A stretch of DNA of 64,000 nt from contig NZ_JMCB01000024.1 of the NCBI RefSeq assembly GCF_000737315.1, positions 62,001 through 126,000 of the forward strand, written 5' to 3'. Of the stretch, positions 18,952-28,416 are shown piece after piece; positions within the stretch are counted from its first letter, which is position 1, and each line of letters starts with the position of its first letter. Position numbers and translations under genes: made by a program. The notes beneath the pieces were generated by a model. The model saw nothing but the letters and a program-made list of their open reading frames with translations. It was not told the DNA's origin and did not search any database. This DNA comes from Hyalangium minutum (lineage in GTDB: Bacteria > Myxococcota > Myxococcia > Myxococcales > Myxococcaceae).

Positions 18952-19169
18952 CAGGTGCACTTGCGTCACGGGGTCTCCTCCAAACTCAGGCAGCAACCGC
19001 TCCCCACGCGGGCGCGGTGACACACACGAGGCACAGCAGCCACATTCGAGGTGCCCTCTGGAGCGGCGAGGGGTGAGCGATCATCGTGAATCGGCAATGT
19101 AGCAAGGACTGTACCAGGAGCATTCCACCTGCATTGACAGGTGCAGCGCAGTGATCATCCACTCAGCCC

Positions 19170-20093
19170 ATGCTCAAGACCGACTCCGAATACCAGTCCT
19201 GCATCCAAAGCTCCGAACGCGTGTCGTGGAAGCTCGACGAAGTGCTCCCCAAGGACACCGTCCTCGACTTCAGCCGGCGCATCCTCTCGGACGCACTGAC
19301 AGGAACGGAAGCCATCAGCTGCCTGAGCGCGGAAGAGAAGCTGATGCTCAATCAGATCCGCTCCAACAGCTATGCCCACCTGTTCCTGTTCCTGGAGGAG
19401 TATGCCGTGGCGCTGTCGGCGACTCGCGCCAACCTCGAGCTCCACGGGAACTCGATCCACATGCGCGCGCTCCTGCGCTTCACCGAGGAGGAGCTCAAGC
19501 ACCAGCACCTCTTCGCCCGGTACACCACTGCGTTCGCTCGCGGGTTCAAGGTCGCCCCCGCCCTCCTCGACAACCATGTACAGGTGGCCAAGGCCATCAT
19601 GGCGAAGTCGAACCTCAGCGTGCTGATCTTCAACCTCCACATGGAGCTCATGACGCAGCAGCACTACGTGGAGACCATCCGCAACAATGAGCGAGAGCAG
19701 CTTGATCCGCTGTTCTGCAACATGCTCAAGCACCACTGGCTCGAAGAGGCGCAGCACACCCGCCTCGACTTCCTGGAGGCCCAGAAGATCCTCGCTCAGG
19801 CGCCCGAGACGCTGGAGGCGGCCATGACCGAGTACGCCGAGCTGCTCCAGGCGCTCCGGGCCACCTTGAACGCCCAGCTCGAGCTGGATCTGCAGACCTT
19901 CGAGAAGGCCGCGGGGCGTACGTTCACGGAGGCCGAGCGGAAGGAGATCTCCGTAGCTCAAGAGCGCTCATACGTCTGGTCCTTCATCGGCATGGGGATG
20001 AAGGCCCCTCTCTACCTCTCCCGCCTGCGGGCGCTCTCCCCGCTCGCCGAGCAGCGCGTCCTCGAGCTCGCCCCTCAGTACTACTGCAACTGA
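19170..20093 (+). CDS. Ferritin-like di-iron protein (AurF-like)
   Basis: Carboxylate/His ligand pattern FLEE...EEELKH...ELMTQQHY...HWLEEAQH (two ExxH). Confidence 0.65.
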   Translation: MLKTDSEYQSCIQSSERVSWKLDEVLPKDTVLDFSRRILSDALTGTEAISCLSAEEKLMLNQIRSNSYAHLFLFLEEYAVALSATRANLELHGNSIHMRALLRFTEEELKHQHLFARYTTAFARGFKVAPALLDNHVQVAKAIMAKSNLSVLIFNLHMELMTQQHYVETIRNNEREQLDPLFCNMLKHHWLEEAQHTRLDFLEAQKILAQAPETLEAAMTEYAELLQALRATLNAQLELDLQTFEKAAGRTFTEAERKEISVAQERSYVWSFIGMGMKAPLYLSRLRALSPLAEQRVLELAPQYYCN

Positions 20094-20175
20094 GCGCCGG
20101 GCTCGCTCATGCGAGGTCACCGCCGACTGCCAGGTGTGGCATTCTCCCCTCCGGCTCAATCCCCCGGAGGCACCC

Positions 20176-21291
20176 ATGCCTGGCAGAACGAACTTCTCTC
20201 GGATCCCCCTGCGCCCAGCCGCGCTGAGCTGGCTCCTCACGTCAGCCCTGATGGGCTGTGGCGGGCCCGAGCTCGAGCAAAGCGCGGAGGCCCCCAAGGC
20301 CGTGCAGTCCTTCGCCCTCAGCTATCCGGATGGCGCCTCCAAGACCGTCACCTCGCGACGCGTCGTCTACAAGGATGCCTCCGGCACCTACCGGTCGGCT
20401 CCGGGCTTCGAGGCATTCCGAGCCGTGGGGGCAGCGGACGGTGATCTCTACCCCGTCCGTATCTCGGAGGTGGATGTGCCCTCCGTGCGCAACGCCTTGG
20501 TGGTGATGTCCGCCGGGCAGAAGATATCGAGCAGCGGCCACACCAGCGGGCTGACGGGACAGGCTTCCAACTGGGATGCATCCTGCGGCGACGTCTCCTG
20601 CCCGAACGTCACGCTCGATGGGCGCTCGCTGGCCATGAAGCTGCGCGCCCTGGGCTGGCTGCCTCCGGCCACCACGTGGATGGCGGTGGTGAACGACAAC
20701 AACTTCGATCACCTCTCCGACAGCGGCACAAAGCAGCAACTGTTGGATGGCTTCGTCCGCTGGCTCGAGGAGCAGGTCCGGCCCGAGACGCGCACCATCT
20801 ACCTGGCAGGCAGCTCCCGCGGCGGCTGCCTGGTGATGCGCATGGCTCAGGCGCTGCGCAACAACCCAAGCCTCGATGGGATCGATCTCTACGTGTCCTC
20901 CTTCGACGGGGTCTGCAAGTACACCCAGGGAGAGTTGGGCACCTTCGGAACGAAGATCAACAACCCGGTGCGCCCGTGGGGTACCGCCTACGGCGGTTGG
21001 GCCACGGACCTGTCCGCGCAGTTCCCCCGCAAGGGGCGGCTCCACATCTTCCACATCGCCGGAGGCGAAGAGGTGGCGCCACTCACGGGGATTCGTGCCT
21101 TCTCGGCGTACTCGGGCACGCCGCCCTCGACAGGCACGGGGCTCGACTGGGGCTGGTACAAGCAGACCTGGGTCCAGTGGAAGCACAAGGAGATCGGTAA
21201 TCCCTACACGGAGCCCTCCAGCTCGAATCAGCCGCGCGTGATTTCGGAGACGCTGGATGCACAGCTGACGTGGCTCGACAGCTTCCTATGA
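20176..21291 (+). CDS. Lipoprotein with alpha/beta-hydrolase-like catalytic motif
   Basis: GGAGG RBS; lipobox LMGC; YLAGSSRGG nucleophile elbow, SFDGV, WKHKEIG. Confidence 0.6.
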   Translation: MPGRTNFSRIPLRPAALSWLLTSALMGCGGPELEQSAEAPKAVQSFALSYPDGASKTVTSRRVVYKDASGTYRSAPGFEAFRAVGAADGDLYPVRISEVDVPSVRNALVVMSAGQKISSSGHTSGLTGQASNWDASCGDVSCPNVTLDGRSLAMKLRALGWLPPATTWMAVVNDNNFDHLSDSGTKQQLLDGFVRWLEEQVRPETRTIYLAGSSRGGCLVMRMAQALRNNPSLDGIDLYVSSFDGVCKYTQGELGTFGTKINNPVRPWGTAYGGWATDLSAQFPRKGRLHIFHIAGGEEVAPLTGIRAFSAYSGTPPSTGTGLDWGWYKQTWVQWKHKEIGNPYTEPSSSNQPRVISETLDAQLTWLDSFL

Positions 21292-21336
21292 GCACCCCGC
21301 CTCAAGTCGCTCCGCTGAGATGAAAGTGCTCGCTGG

Positions 21337-23157
21337 CTAGGGCGAGCACTTCACCGGGCCGAGCGAGGCCTTGAAGAAGTGCGCGTAGGGGTCCGGCGTG
21401 AGCGAGAAGTTGCACGTGTTCACGGCATCCGGATCCAGGCTGGGGTGGGCTTGGATGTAGCGGGCGATGTAGTCGCGCACGCCATCGGCCGAGGTCCACT
21501 CCACCGTGCCCTCCTTGAACATGGTGTAGCCGCCACCGCCGCCGGCCCGGTAGTTGTTGATGGCGATGTGGAACACCTGGTTATCGGTGACATCCGCCCC
21601 GTTGAACTTCAGGTGCGTCAGCCGCGAGCCCGCAGGCTTCGTGAGATCGAACCCGTAGTCGATCTTCGAGTAGATGTCCCAGTTGTAGTTCTGCACGCTC
21701 GCCACCTTGGCAGACTCCGGCTTGGAGGCCTCCGGCGGAGCGCTGGGGTTCCACTGAGCGAAGTACTGAGCGTTGAGCTCCAGCGCGCGGCGCAGGATGG
21801 AGCCGTTGATCCTCATCACGTACAGCGTGTTGTCGTAGATGTAGATGCTGTAGGCATCGCGCAGGGAGACGTCTCCGGCGGGGAGCTTGCCCTCATCGGT
21901 GAACAGGGCGGCGAGCGAGAAGTCCACCGGGTGGCCGCTCTGCTCGGCGGCCTCCTCCTGGACGGTGTTGATGAGGTCGGACAGGGCGCTGTCCACGTAG
22001 CGGGCGGCGTAGCCTCCGGGGAAAGCGGCGCGGGTGGTGCCCAGCTTCGCGCTCACGTACGTCTTCGTATTGTCATGGTAGCTCTGGGTGAGCTGCGCCA
22101 CCTGGGCGTCCTCGGTGACGCTGGCGTCCACCGCGAGCAGCTTGGAGTCCTTGGCCGTGACGCTCCAGTGGCCTCCCTCGTAGGCGACCGCGAGATCCAC
22201 CTGGCCGAGGTGACTGCCCCAGCGATTGGGCTGGATGAGCAGCACGTCCTTGCCCTCGGTGTTCTTGATCAGCATCTTGGGGATGGGCTGGTGGGTGTGG
22301 CCGGTGAGCAGCACGTCGATTCCGGGCACCTGCTGGGCGATCTGCACCGCCTCGTTCTCGCCCTCCAGGTTGCCGCGGTCGGCCCACTTCGTGGGATCGG
22401 AGTAGTCCGCCAGCCAGGAGGCCGGATCCGTCGCCCTTCCGGTGGGCTGCTTGTCCGGGCCGCTGTGGATGGCCACCACGACGATGTCGGCGCCGGCCTC
22501 GCGGATCCTCGGCACATAGGTGCGAGCCGTCTCCAGGGGATCATCGAAGCGCAGCCCGGGGATGTTCTCTGGGCGCTCCCACGTCGTCACGCCCGGGGTC
22601 ACCAGGCCGAGGAGGCCTACCTTCACGCCGCACACGTCCTTGATGAGGTAGGGGGTGAAGGCCTCGGCGCCGTCGGCGCTCTTGCGCACGTTGGCGCCGA
22701 GGAGGGGGAAGTCCACCTCGCCCTTGAACTTGTTGAGGACGTTGAGCCCGTAGTTGAACTCGTGGTTGCCGAACGCCATGGCGTCATAGCGCAGCGCGTT
22801 CATGGCCACGGCCATGGGGTGCTTGGGAGCGTTGTCCACCAGGGCGTAGTAGGTACCCAGCGGCGTGCCCTGGATGGTGTCTCCGGAGTCGATGAGCAGG
22901 TTGCAATCCGGGTTCTCCGCCCGCGCCTTCTGGACGAGCGTGGCCACCTTGGCCAGTCCGCGCGAGGCGTCCGCGGTGCCGGTGAAGTAGTCCCAGGGGA
23001 AGATGTTGGTGTGCAGATCGCTGGTTTGCAGCAGACGGACCGTGCGGGGCTCCGGGGTGGGCTCCGTCGGCGGGTCGGAGGGTTCGCAGGCGACCAGTGG
23101 GAGGAAGGCGCCGACCCCCAGGGCGAGCACGGCTGCGCGCAGACGATAAGGAAGCAT
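21337..23157 (-). CDS. cpdB: Bifunctional 2',3'-cyclic-nucleotide 2'-phosphodiesterase / nucleotidase (lipoprotein)
   Basis: TSDLH, DSGDTIQG, FGNHEFNYG, HSG, GHTH metallophosphoesterase motifs plus 5'-nucleotidase C domain (AINNYRAGGGGGY); lipobox LVAC. Confidence 0.88.
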   Translation of the reverse strand: MLPYRLRAAVLALGVGAFLPLVACEPSDPPTEPTPEPRTVRLLQTSDLHTNIFPWDYFTGTADASRGLAKVATLVQKARAENPDCNLLIDSGDTIQGTPLGTYYALVDNAPKHPMAVAMNALRYDAMAFGNHEFNYGLNVLNKFKGEVDFPLLGANVRKSADGAEAFTPYLIKDVCGVKVGLLGLVTPGVTTWERPENIPGLRFDDPLETARTYVPRIREAGADIVVVAIHSGPDKQPTGRATDPASWLADYSDPTKWADRGNLEGENEAVQIAQQVPGIDVLLTGHTHQPIPKMLIKNTEGKDVLLIQPNRWGSHLGQVDLAVAYEGGHWSVTAKDSKLLAVDASVTEDAQVAQLTQSYHDNTKTYVSAKLGTTRAAFPGGYAARYVDSALSDLINTVQEEAAEQSGHPVDFSLAALFTDEGKLPAGDVSLRDAYSIYIYDNTLYVMRINGSILRRALELNAQYFAQWNPSAPPEASKPESAKVASVQNYNWDIYSKIDYGFDLTKPAGSRLTHLKFNGADVTDNQVFHIAINNYRAGGGGGYTMFKEGTVEWTSADGVRDYIARYIQAHPSLDPDAVNTCNFSLTPDPYAHFFKASLGPVKCSP

Positions 23158-23298
23158 GAAGACCTCAAGAGGGTAAAGGCATCCGGGAGACCGGTTCCCG
23201 GGCTCACGCTCCTACTACCCCAGAGTGGCGCGCTCGTGGCGCGGTCTTCCGCCTTAGAAACCGATTCCTTGCAGGAGAAGGATCGGCCCCTCGTCCAG

Positions 23299-25389
23299 CT
23301 AGCGTAAACCCTGCCCCTTTTCTCGATCGAGCGCCCAGCAATAGAAGCTGAGTTCGTCGACGTCTTGCTCCACGAGCGCTGTCAGCGTGGTGCCGCCGCC
23401 GTGTCCCGAGTCACGGAGCGGCAGCAGGAAATAGGGTCCGCCCAACGGTGCCTCGGCCTGGAGCCGGGCCACCATCTTGAGCGGATCATGCGGCGGCGCG
23501 ATGTGATCGTTCAGCGCGGGCACGAAGACCATCACAGGGTAGCGGCGATCGGCTCGGACGTTGTGGTAGGGCGAGTATCCGGCGAGATATGCGCCCTCCA
23601 CGGGGTCCTCGGGCGAGCCGTATTCCACGGTCGCCGAGCGCATGAAGCCGAAGCTCGGAAAGCGCAGCATGTCCAGGGTGGGCGCGCGGCAGAAGACAGC
23701 TCCGAAGGCGTCAGGCGCCTGCATGGCGGTGACGGCGACGAGCAGGCCGCCGTTGCTGTTGCCGCGCGAGGCCAGCTTGGAGGGCGTCGTATAGCCCGCC
23801 GAGACGAGCCACCGTGCCGCAGCGATGTAGTCATCAAAAGCGTTCTGCCGACGCATCTTGAGTGCCGCCTCGTGCCAGGCCCGGCCGTATTCGCCGCCCC
23901 CTCGCACATTGGCGAAGGCGAGCACACCGCCCAGCTTCAGCCAGGCGGCCTGGAGCGCCGAGAAGCGCGGCTCGATTGAGATGTTGAAGCCCCCATAGCC
24001 ACTCAGCCGCACGGGCTGGCGCCCGTCTCGAGGCAGGTCTTTCCGGTGGGTGATGAACATCGACACCCGCGTCCCGTCGAGCGACTCGTACCAGACTTGC
24101 TCTGTCACATACTCGGACGGATCGAGTCCGACATCGGGAACGTGGTACGGCACCAGGCGATCCGCCTCGTAGTCATACCGGTAGATCGAGGGTGCCTGCA
24201 CATACGACATGAAGCGGACCCACACCGTATCGCCGCTCCAGGAACCGCTGATACCGCTGACAATGCCTTCCCCTTCGTTGCGATTCACAGAGCCGAGCGC
24301 AGGCAGCGCCAGGTCGCGGAGGTAGGTGCCATCCTCGGCGTGGATGCGCACGCGATGCGACGCCGCATGCGAGTAGACGGCGTAGAGCCGGCCGCCGACG
24401 GCGGAGATCGTCTGCAGCGTGTCCGCGCTCTCGGGGATGAGCGTCCGCCACTCCGTCGGCGCTGTCAGCGGCGCGACGCAGAGGCGGCCACGCGGCGCGT
24501 CGAGATCGGTCTGGACGAGCACCGAGTCCCCGATCACCTGCACCTGATTGAGAGACCTCATGCCAGGAGCCACCGGCACGAGCGCGTCATCGGCCAGGCG
24601 CAGCAGGTAGACGGCGTTGGCGTGCACGTAGTCCCACTTGGAGAGCACGGCGAAACGTCGGCACTCGCTGATCTGGACGGAGCACCAGTACTCCTTGTGC
24701 TGGTCGTCGCCGAAGACCCGGCGGGCCGGCGCGCCCGAGCCGAGCCGGTGCTCGTAGATGGCGTTCCAGTAGGCCTCGTCGCCCGCGGGCACCTCGCCTG
24801 GCTCGGGACACGCCGCATAGAAGAACCCGGACCCGTCAGGCCGCCATGCCACCGAGGTGTGGCCCGTACCGCGAGGCCGATCGGGGAGCAGCGTGCCTGT
24901 CTCGACATCGAGCACGTGGATTACCGCGGCATGGGTGCTCCCCACGGACTTGCCGAACGCGACCCGCGTGCCATCGGGAGAGGGCACTGCGAAGACCAGG
25001 ACCTCGCCGCTCGGCCAGATATTGGGGTCGAGCACCGTCTCGAGCGGCGCGTCCTTGCCGCGCCGGAGCATGAACTTGAGCTTGTCGTCGCTGGCATCCG
25101 CTTGCCAGAGGAACTCGCGCCCGTGAGGCCCGGCGGGAATCGGCGGCGAGAGCCGCGCATACCGAGCGGAACGAGCGACCGCGGCCCGAAGCGCCTCGCG
25201 GCCCGGCACCGCGCGCAGCACCGAGTGCGTGACGGCTTCCTGCGCCGCGATCCACGCCTGGGCCTCCGGTGCGTCGAGCTGCTCCAGCCAGGCGTATGGG
25301 TCGTCAAACCGCTTGCCGAGCATCGTGTAGCCGCTCGCCGGTTCACGCCGTGCGGAGGGAAATGTCGGGGACTGGCTCACTTTCCTCAT
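23299..25389 (-). CDS. Prolyl oligopeptidase (S9A)
   Basis: DDPYAWLE, YGGFN, NVRGGGEYG, GNSNGGLL (Ser), D.IAP (Asp), GHGGG (His). Start at ATG 25389 or 25324. Confidence 0.92.
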   Translation of the reverse strand: MRKVSQSPTFPSARREPASGYTMLGKRFDDPYAWLEQLDAPEAQAWIAAQEAVTHSVLRAVPGREALRAAVARSARYARLSPPIPAGPHGREFLWQADASDDKLKFMLRRGKDAPLETVLDPNIWPSGEVLVFAVPSPDGTRVAFGKSVGSTHAAVIHVLDVETGTLLPDRPRGTGHTSVAWRPDGSGFFYAACPEPGEVPAGDEAYWNAIYEHRLGSGAPARRVFGDDQHKEYWCSVQISECRRFAVLSKWDYVHANAVYLLRLADDALVPVAPGMRSLNQVQVIGDSVLVQTDLDAPRGRLCVAPLTAPTEWRTLIPESADTLQTISAVGGRLYAVYSHAASHRVRIHAEDGTYLRDLALPALGSVNRNEGEGIVSGISGSWSGDTVWVRFMSYVQAPSIYRYDYEADRLVPYHVPDVGLDPSEYVTEQVWYESLDGTRVSMFITHRKDLPRDGRQPVRLSGYGGFNISIEPRFSALQAAWLKLGGVLAFANVRGGGEYGRAWHEAALKMRRQNAFDDYIAAARWLVSAGYTTPSKLASRGNSNGGLLVAVTAMQAPDAFGAVFCRAPTLDMLRFPSFGFMRSATVEYGSPEDPVEGAYLAGYSPYHNVRADRRYPVMVFVPALNDHIAPPHDPLKMVARLQAEAPLGGPYFLLPLRDSGHGGGTTLTALVEQDVDELSFYCWALDREKGQGLR

Positions 25390-25699
25390 CCGGAAATCCT
25401 CAGCCACCGAGCCCAGGAATCCCAGCACATTGTGGGCGTCTCCGAGCGGGCCCCTCTCCACGCGAGACGAGGCGAGGAAGAATGCCCCATGTCTGCAGGC
25501 AGAGGCATTTCGCCCCAGACACAGCCTGAAACACGCACTCGGGAATAAAAGAGCGATTCGAAGGCGCCGAGGGAAGACGGTGTCTGGCTGCTGGGAGGAG
25601 GGGCGGCTCCCAGCGACGGAACCGGACATGGCGTGACTCATGCACAGAACGGCTCAAACGCTGCTCTGGGTCTGAAGCCCGGAGCGAAAGGAGCTTGCC

Positions 25700-27172
25700 G
25701 TGTCTTCTCCCTTCTCCTCTCGCTTTGCCGCGCGCGGAGTGCTGTTTCCGTTGATGTTGCTGGCAGCCGCCTGTGCTCAGGCCATCGGCTCGCCTGCTTC
25801 CCCTCCTCCTCCTTCCCAGACGGCGACCACACCCCAGGAGTCCCCCGCCCTTCCCGCAGTCACGGTTCCCACAGCGGGCTCACTCGCCCCGTTGGTGGAA
25901 GCGGTGAAAGGAGCCGTCGTCAACGTCGAGGTGCAGGCACGAGAGCCCGTCGCCGCCCGGGGCCGCCTCCGCCTGCCTCCAGGCTGGGGCTCTCCGTTCG
26001 GCATGCCCGATATGCCCGAGGGTGATGCGCGAGGCCCCGTGCAGCAAGGCCTGGGCTCGGGCTTCCTCATCGACGCCCAGGGGCTCGTCCTCACCAACAA
26101 CCACGTGGTGGAGAACGCGGAGCGGGTGCGCGTGAAGCTCGATGATGGGCGGGCCTTCGACGCCCAGGTGCTCGGGAGGGATCCGCTCACGGATGTGGCG
26201 GTGCTGCAGCTTGAGGGCGCTCCCAAGAACCTGCCCTTCGTCGCGCTGGGGGACTCGGATGCGATGCGCGTCGGAGACTTCGTGCTCGCCATTGGCAATC
26301 CCTTCGGCCTCGCCTCCAGCGTGAGCTCGGGGATCGTCTCGGCCCGTGCGCGCGACATCCACGCAGGCCCCTATGACGAATTCCTCCAGACGGATGCCGC
26401 CATCAACCCGGGCAACTCGGGCGGCCCGCTCTTCAACCTGAAGGGCGAAGTCATTGGCATGAACACGGCCATTGTCCGGGAGGCCACCGGTATCGGGTTC
26501 GCCGTGCCCAGCAACCTCATTCACTCGCTGCTGCCCCGGTTGGAGAAGGAAGGCAGCGTGCGCCGAGGCTGGCTGGGCCTGGCGGCGCAGGACCTCACGC
26601 CGGATCTGGCTCGCGCGCTGAACCTGGACATCGACAAGGGCGCCCTCATCGCCGGCCTCAACCCCGGAGGTCCCGGCGCCCAGGCAGGGCTCCAGGACAA
26701 CGACATCATCACCCGGGTGGACGGCACGCCCATTGTTTCGGCGGGCAGCCTCACGCGGGCCGTGGGGCTGATGCGGCCCGACAGCCAAGTTGCCGTCCAC
26801 GTCCTGCGCGAGGGCAACCCCCTGGAGCTGAAGGTGACCCTCGGCACACGGCCCGCGCAGCCGGGAGAGCCCGCCGTGCCCACGCGCGAGGAGAACAGCG
26901 CGGCCGCGAAGGGGCGCCTGGGAATGAGGCTGGCGGACGATCCCGCCGGCCAGGGCGCCCGCGTGGTGCAGGTGGAGCCGGGCAGCCCAGCGGAGCGGGC
27001 GGAGCTGCCCGCGGGCACCCTGTTGCTCCAGGTGGGCGGCCAGAAGGTCTCGACCGCGCGTGAGGCAGCCGAGGCGCTGCGCTCGGCGAAGCCCGGCAGC
27101 GTGCTCTTGTTGCGCATCCAGCCGCCGGGCTCGGCTGTCTCCCTGCTGCGCGCCCTGCCCGTGCCGTCCTGA
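25700..27172 (+). CDS. htrA: HtrA/DegP-family serine protease with two PDZ domains
   Basis: GSGF, LTNNHV, DVAVL, TDAAINPGNSGGPL; two PDZ segments; N-terminal signal with LAAAC. Confidence 0.93.
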   Translation: MSSPFSSRFAARGVLFPLMLLAAACAQAIGSPASPPPPSQTATTPQESPALPAVTVPTAGSLAPLVEAVKGAVVNVEVQAREPVAARGRLRLPPGWGSPFGMPDMPEGDARGPVQQGLGSGFLIDAQGLVLTNNHVVENAERVRVKLDDGRAFDAQVLGRDPLTDVAVLQLEGAPKNLPFVALGDSDAMRVGDFVLAIGNPFGLASSVSSGIVSARARDIHAGPYDEFLQTDAAINPGNSGGPLFNLKGEVIGMNTAIVREATGIGFAVPSNLIHSLLPRLEKEGSVRRGWLGLAAQDLTPDLARALNLDIDKGALIAGLNPGGPGAQAGLQDNDIITRVDGTPIVSAGSLTRAVGLMRPDSQVAVHVLREGNPLELKVTLGTRPAQPGEPAVPTREENSAAAKGRLGMRLADDPAGQGARVVQVEPGSPAERAELPAGTLLLQVGGQKVSTAREAAEALRSAKPGSVLLLRIQPPGSAVSLLRALPVPS

Positions 27173-27274
27173 GGCAAGCCCCCCGCTCCCCGAGTTCAGG
27201 GGACCGAAGCGCGGGACCTGCGCACACAGAGAGTGAGGAGCGTCAAGCCCAGCAGCAGCGGCGCGCCCGCTCCT

Positions 27275-28372
27275 CTAGTGACAGAGCAGCTCGACCGACT
27301 TGATCCGCACTGCTCCGTCGACGTTCGGGTCGTTCGTCTGGTCACCGATGGCGATGGTGCCGTTCGTCGTGAAGTTGTTCCGCGTGAGCTTCGCGACTCC
27401 GTCGATGCTCACCGTCGCCACCTTGGCTGCGTCCACCGAGAGCTCGTAGACATGATACGCGCCGTCTTTCACCGAGAACGCTGCGGACTGCGTGTCGTCC
27501 GCCCAGCCGATCGCCGCGCTGTCGAGGTAGATCATCTCTGAACGATCCGTGGAGTTGCCGGCCGGCGACGTGAAGCTCCCCAGGATGGCCGCACCGCTGT
27601 CCAACTGGTTGTGGGTGTTCACCGACTCGACCTGCATCGTCACGTGGAACTTGAACGGCTTCGTTCCGTCGAACGCGTTCTCCCGCTTGAGGAGCAGCTG
27701 CCCACTCGTCCGCGCGCCGCTGTTCGTCGACGTCTCGAGGCGAACGTAGTCCGCGCCGTACGTGAGTGTGTTCGGCGTCTGCGAGACCGTCGTCCATCCT
27801 TGCGCCGTGATGTCGTCGCCGCCGACAAGCAGCGGAATGCTCACACGTGCCGTCCACTGCGTCGTCGACGTCGCCGGAGCGCACGTCTCGCAGGAGTTCG
27901 CCGGGTTCGGCGTACCCGCAGCGTAGAGCACGCCGCCGATGAAGCACTTCGGGCTGCACACACCGGCCGAGCAGACCTGTCCCGGGTTGCACTCCGTCCC
28001 GTCAGCACGTTGCGTCCATGCGGTCGCGGACGTCGTCGGCATGCACTGTTCGCACGAATTCGCCGCGTTCACAGTCCCGGCGGCGACTTGCTTGCCGTCG
28101 ATCTGACAGACCGCGACACAGACACTCCGCTCACAAGCCTCGCCGGTCGCACAGGCCATGCCGCAACCACCGCAGTGCTTCGGGTCGCTCTCGGTGCTCA
28201 CGCAGGAGCCACCACACAGTTCGACGCCGGCGCCGTTGCACATCTCCGGCACAGACGCATCCGGGGTGTCACCGGGGCCGGGGGGGGGCTCCTTGTCGCA
28301 AGCAGCTACGAAGCCCAGCATGACGATACAGGAGAGAGCGGTAGAGCGAATGGAGAGCATGGAGCCTGCCAT
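27275..28372 (-). CDS. Cys-rich repeat lipoprotein with C-terminal beta-sandwich (lectin-like) domain
   Basis: Lipobox VAAC; CGGSCVSTESDPKHCGGCGMAC myxobacterial Cys-rich unit; two C.I.G...AAGT.N.ANSCE.C repeats; C-terminal YHVYEL..IAIGD. Confidence 0.7.
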   Translation of the reverse strand: MAGSMLSIRSTALSCIVMLGFVAACDKEPPPGPGDTPDASVPEMCNGAGVELCGGSCVSTESDPKHCGGCGMACATGEACERSVCVAVCQIDGKQVAAGTVNAANSCEQCMPTTSATAWTQRADGTECNPGQVCSAGVCSPKCFIGGVLYAAGTPNPANSCETCAPATSTTQWTARVSIPLLVGGDDITAQGWTTVSQTPNTLTYGADYVRLETSTNSGARTSGQLLLKRENAFDGTKPFKFHVTMQVESVNTHNQLDSGAAILGSFTSPAGNSTDRSEMIYLDSAAIGWADDTQSAAFSVKDGAYHVYELSVDAAKVATVSIDGVAKLTRNNFTTNGTIAIGDQTNDPNVDGAVRIKSVELLCH

Positions 28373-28416
28373 CCTAGGCGATCACACGCCCGCTCGACGG
28401 ACCCGTTCTCAAGAAG

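Noticed and set aside
23299-25389. Prolyl oligopeptidase as a RiPP macrocyclase
   Set aside because: There is no nearby precursor or tailoring gene, it is over 30 kb from the PNP peptide, and it looks like an ordinary S9A enzyme.
25390-25699. Riboswitch or ncRNA between the prolyl oligopeptidase and htrA genes
   Set aside because: Some inverted repeats are present (CCAGACAC/GTGTCTGG, AATGCC/GGCATT), but no conserved riboswitch motif that I can support.
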